DNA from: Candidatus Babeliales bacterium
GTDB taxonomy: Bacteria > Babelota > Babeliae > Babelales > JANWKD01
Length of the DNA: 64,000 nucleotides
Direction: 5' to 3'
NCBI GenBank assembly: GCA_963722255.1
Contig: CAVRJO010000001.1
Span: 841,775-905,774, forward strand
The notes beneath the pieces were generated by a model. It worked only from the letters and a program-made list of their open reading frames with translations, had not been told where the DNA came from and searched no databases. The translations under genes and the position numbers were made by a program. Of this stretch, positions 60,594 to 64,000 are shown in pieces; positions within the stretch are counted from its first letter, which is position 1; each line of letters starts with the position of its first letter.

Positions 60594-60698
60594 ATTTTTT
60601 TTTAATTTCGTGTCTTGACAAAGGGGTTCACTATAGATTGCATCGTCTAATTGGATCTTATTCTTAAATATTTAGTCATTTATCATAGTAAAGATTTG

Positions 60699-60728
60699 TT
60701 GCATTTTTATACGTATGCGTATTATACT
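60699..60728 (+). promoter_or_regulatory. Sigma70 promoter with palindromic operator
   Basis: TTGCAT (60699) - 18 nt - TATACT (60723); near-palindrome ATACGTATGCGTAT at 60709-60722 in the spacer, upstream of the EVE-MarR operon. Confidence 0.55.
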
Positions 60729-60781
60729 TATACATACAATTAGATTTTTTTGAATAAATGCAAGAATAAAAAAGGAGAACA

Positions 60782-61210
60782 ATGACAAAATATTGGATCG
60801 GTGTCGCAAGTAACGAGCATGTGCAAAAAGGAAAAGCTGAGGGCATTATGCAGGTATGTCATGGCAAGCAAGCACCTTTAAAAAGAATGCAACCAAGAGA
60901 TTGGATTATCTATTATTCGCCTACTGAAGTTTTTGGCGAAAAAATACCATGTCGAAAATTTACAGCGATCGGTTGCGTTCAAGATAAGGAGCCGTATCAG
61001 TTTAAAATGGCTGATGATTTTATTCCGTGGCGTCGTGATGTAAAATTTGTAGCATCGAGCGATGCTTTAATAGAACCATTACTCAATCAGCTTTCTTTTA
61101 TTAAAAATAAAACGCATTGGGGAATGGTTTTTAGGTATGGATTATTTGAAATTCCTGAGTCAGATTTTTTATTGATTGCAAAAGCAATGGGAGCAAATTG
61201 TGGCAGATAA
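60782..61210 (+). CDS. EVE-domain protein
   Basis: YWIGVAS..HV..G...QVCHGK..PL.RM..DWIIYYSP; FTAIG; FRYGLFEI. Confidence 0.88.
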   Translation: MTKYWIGVASNEHVQKGKAEGIMQVCHGKQAPLKRMQPRDWIIYYSPTEVFGEKIPCRKFTAIGCVQDKEPYQFKMADDFIPWRRDVKFVASSDALIEPLLNQLSFIKNKTHWGMVFRYGLFEIPESDFLLIAKAMGANCGR

Positions 61211-61670
61211 AGAACTTGATTTTGAAAAAGTAAGTTTATACAAAACTCCTGAAGAAAGCCCCGGCTATTTATTGTGGAAAGTCAGTTTAAAATGGCGTGC
61301 TCTTATTGAAGAAGTCTTAAAGCCATTAGGTCTTACGCATCCACAGTTTGTTGTTTTGGCAACAACGGGTTGGTTAACACGAAACAATAATCTGGTTTCT
61401 CAAATAGATATTTGTAGAGCTTCCGGTTTTGATCCTAATACATTATCACAGATTTTGCGTGGACTGGAGGCCAAAGAGTTACTTAAGCGTGTGCGTTCAT
61501 TAAATGAGCGCAGCAAAAGTCCGCAACTCACAATTCTTGGAAGTGAACTATTGAACAAGGCATTACCTACAGTTGAACAAGCAGATACACGATTTTTTGA
61601 TCTGTTGAATACGTTAGAATTGGCTCAATCAATTGCAATTTTTAATACATTATTAATGGGAAGAGAATAA
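61200..61670 (+). CDS. MarR-family transcriptional regulator
   Basis: SPGYLLW, L.PLGLTHPQFVVLA, SQILRGLE.K.L..R; GTG start overlapping the EVE gene end. Confidence 0.88.
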   Translation: MADKELDFEKVSLYKTPEESPGYLLWKVSLKWRALIEEVLKPLGLTHPQFVVLATTGWLTRNNNLVSQIDICRASGFDPNTLSQILRGLEAKELLKRVRSLNERSKSPQLTILGSELLNKALPTVEQADTRFFDLLNTLELAQSIAIFNTLLMGRE

Positions 61671-61813
61671 AGAGTAAAAGTTTTTTGCAGTAGTTGCCGC
61701 AATTGACGATTCAAACCACGTGAGATACAATTTTGGTTTTTTTTAAACTAAATTGTGCTATTCTGTGTCATGACATTAAAAAATTACTTATAGCTGGCAA
61801 AAAGGAAACTATT

Positions 61814-62257
61814 ATGAAAAAATTCTCATTGTATTGTATTATTTTTGGCGTGTATACAGCTGTCTCTATGGAGCGAGATGGTTCTTCTGCGCATTATGGT
61901 GGTTATCCCGATGAAGAGTTTAGACAATTGGTGGGCAATTTTTTTTATTATAGCAAAGAAGGTGTAACAGAGAACAAAATAGATCCTACAGAAGCAGAGA
62001 GAAAAATAGCTCATATAGTTAACAAAGTGCGGCAGCCAAAACAAATGGAACAAATAATTATACCGCATAATATAAATACACAAGAAAACAGTTGGTGTGA
62101 CGTACCTGGATGTACTGCGAAGATTACCTTATATATTCATTCGGTGGCACATAAAGCATGGCATGAACGTACTAGGTATTTTCGATGTGAAGATTGTCAA
62201 TTAGCGTTTAAACGTATAAGAGAATATGATATTCATATGAAAACCCACAATGCATAA
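61814..62257 (+). CDS. Secreted protein with two C2H2 zinc fingers
   Basis: Signal peptide then MER; CDVPGC-X12-HKAWH and FRCEDCQLAF-X8-HMKTH. Confidence 0.8.
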   Translation: MKKFSLYCIIFGVYTAVSMERDGSSAHYGGYPDEEFRQLVGNFFYYSKEGVTENKIDPTEAERKIAHIVNKVRQPKQMEQIIIPHNINTQENSWCDVPGCTAKITLYIHSVAHKAWHERTRYFRCEDCQLAFKRIREYDIHMKTHNA

Positions 62258-62287
62258 GCGAGAAGTCAAATAATTGAGGAAAAAACA

Positions 62288-62704
62288 ATGATAAAGAATC
62301 TCTTATTGTGTTATGTTGTTTTTAACGTGTGTACTGCATTGCCTATGGAGCAAGGTAAAGGTTGTACGCCGGATGTAATTAATCATTTAATGGTTAGATT
62401 TTTTAACTTTCAAAATGATCCTAGATTTTTACAATATTGCCAGAAAAATCCTACTGCTGGGCATGAAATACCCATATCACCTTCAGTAGAAAAAGGAGTG
62501 GCTGCAAGCTGGTTTAAAGATAAAAGAAGAGTCTTATGGTGCCTTAGATGCAAAGATGGTATGCAGAAATTTCGTAACAATCAAATGGATGCCCATGATG
62601 CATGGCATGATAAAACAAGGCCACATAGATGCGAACCTTGTAGGCTTGCTTTTTCTACTATGCAAACCTATGAATCTCATGGAATTTCAACATCTATAGA
62701 ATGA
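62288..62704 (+). CDS. Secreted C2H2 zinc-finger protein, paralog of 61814-62257
   Basis: Signal peptide then MEQ; CLRC..HDAWH, linker DKTRPH, RCEPCRLAF..YESH. Confidence 0.75.
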   Translation: MIKNLLLCYVVFNVCTALPMEQGKGCTPDVINHLMVRFFNFQNDPRFLQYCQKNPTAGHEIPISPSVEKGVAASWFKDKRRVLWCLRCKDGMQKFRNNQMDAHDAWHDKTRPHRCEPCRLAFSTMQTYESHGISTSIE

Positions 62705-62721
62705 AAAAAAATTAATAGTTA

Positions 62722-63703
62722 ACGTGAACTCGATATAAGAAATACTTAACAAAAAGAAAGATCTGTCGCTAAAATACTCTGTTTAGTTTTCAACAAAAAA
62801 AAAGAGAGATTGAAATGACAGATCTTATATCTATTTTCTGTGAAATTGATGATTTTTGCAAAGAATTTGAACAACAAATTAAAATTGGTAACAAACAACG
62901 CAATAGAAAGATGTGTTTAACAACGAGTGAAATGATGACAATATCTATTTGGTATCATTATTCAGGATATACAACATTTAAAGATTATTACACAAAGCAT
63001 GTTCAGAGAATATATGAAAAATGAATTTCCAGATTTGGTAAGTTACAATCGATTTATTGAGCTAAGAAAAACAATTATAATGCCTATGCTTATTTTTCTG
63101 TGCACAAAAAAATTAAGTTTTTGCACAGGAATATCATTTATAGATAGCTTTCCGACTTGAAGCTTGTAATATTAAGCGATCATCATCACACAAAACGTTA
63201 AAAACATTGCAAAAAAAGGAAAAACTAGCATGGGATGGTTCTATGGTATGAAAGTTCATGTCATTATAAATTACTTAGGTGAGATCGTAACTTTTTACAT
63301 TTCCTCAGGTAATGTTGCCGATAATAACGAGCTTGTTCTTTTTAAAATAACTAAAAATATTATTGGTAAACTTTTTGGCGATAAGGGTTATATGGTTAAT
63401 CCAAAGCGTTTCCAGAAGTTATATGAAAAAGGCGTTCATTTGATTACAAAAATTAGAGAAATATGCAGAATAAACTTATGGATTTAATGATAAATTATTG
63501 CTTACCAAGCGTGGAATAATTGAATCCGTTGGTGATATTTTGAAAGAGCATATGCAGATGGAGCATACACGCCATAGAAGTGTTTGGGGCTTTTTTCTTC
63601 ATATTTTTACTACCCTCATTGCCTATCAAATGCGAGATAAAAAACCTAGTTTATCTGCTGAATTAGCATCAAAAATTAGTAACTGCTTAGATCGAATTCA
63701 CGT
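62722..63703 (+). mobile_element. IS982-family insertion sequence with frameshifted transposase
   Basis: IRs ACGTGAACTCGATATAAG / CTTAGATCGAATTCACGT (16/18); TAGTTA duplication at 62716-62721 and 63704-63709. Confidence 0.9.
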
Positions 63704-63710
63704 TAGTTAG
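62815..63710 (+). pseudogene. IS982 transposase fragments
   Basis: IFCEIDDFC, SEMMTI, GWFYGMKVH, LFGDKGY, KRGIIESV..LK...EHTRHRS in three or more frames. Confidence 0.88.
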
Positions 63711-64000
63711 TATTTTTTATACTAAGTGTGCCAATTTATGCAGCTTCTTTTGTATGGACTATTTGCAATAAAGCTACCTATTTTAGTTGTCAACGCAACG
63801 TGAAAAGTTCCGGTATTTAGCAAAGTAAAAAGTTCCACATCAGGCGTTCCACGGCCGGCGCTACCGGCTTCAACTACTCTCACTAGGGGGCAAAATGTGC
63901 CAAACGTTGGCTATTTTTTAAGGCTTTCTTGGATACAGTCAGATATTTTTTTCTCCTGAATTTGGGGGGTTGGTCGTTGGTAGATTTCGCTAAAAGAAAG

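Larger units (their letters stand above)
59324..60635 (+). mobile_element. IS3-family insertion sequence, apparently intact
   Basis: Terminal IRs TATAATGAACCCC..GACACGA / TCGTGTC..GGGGTTCACTATA; flanking GAT duplication at 59321-59323 and 60636-60638; orfA and orfB. Confidence 0.9.

Noticed and set aside
59324..63703. Composite transposon carrying the EVE, MarR and zinc-finger genes
   Set aside because: The two IS belong to different families and each has its own target duplication, so they are independent insertions.
63780..64000. GC-richer stretch at the window end as a possible structured RNA
   Set aside because: No recognisable tRNA, tmRNA or riboswitch motif; may be the end of a frameshifted minus-strand gene cut by the window edge.

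Overview
AT-rich bacterial chromosome segment (standard code 11) from what looks like an intracellular parasite or symbiont of eukaryotes. The gene style resembles Candidatus Babeliae/Dependentiae (TM6); that assignment is inference, not a database result. Housekeeping genes (nfo, aspS, eno, tgt with a YhhQ-type transporter, tsaD, glyA, wecB/wecC, clpB, tpiA, secG, mlaE/mlaF) are interspersed with many orphan signal-peptide proteins. Main observations: (1) a type II secretion-like operon with two paralogous secretins, one carrying a 16-cysteine tail; (2) a candidate host-directed effector repertoire, including a secreted USP deubiquitinase with a UIM, two secreted C2H2 zinc-finger proteins, ankyrin, WD40, Cys-string and Inc-like or tail-anchored proteins; (3) a shared signature in which 18 orphan secreted proteins have a Met just after the predicted signal-peptidase site, 16 of them Met-[E/D/N/Q]; (4) a multi-pass membrane, catalytically dead sigma54-activator-like regulator facing an unannotated 30-aa secreted-looking peptide; (5) a Fic gene split by an in-frame TGA into inhibitor and catalytic halves; (6) Chlamydia-type queuine salvage. 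The window also has a MntA-HEPN toxin-antitoxin pair, an intact IS3-family element and a frameshifted IS982-family element, both with target-site duplications. Clustered frameshifts at about 47.9-52.1 kb and 62.7-63.5 kb are probably sequencing errors. No rRNA, tRNA or CRISPR array was recognised.
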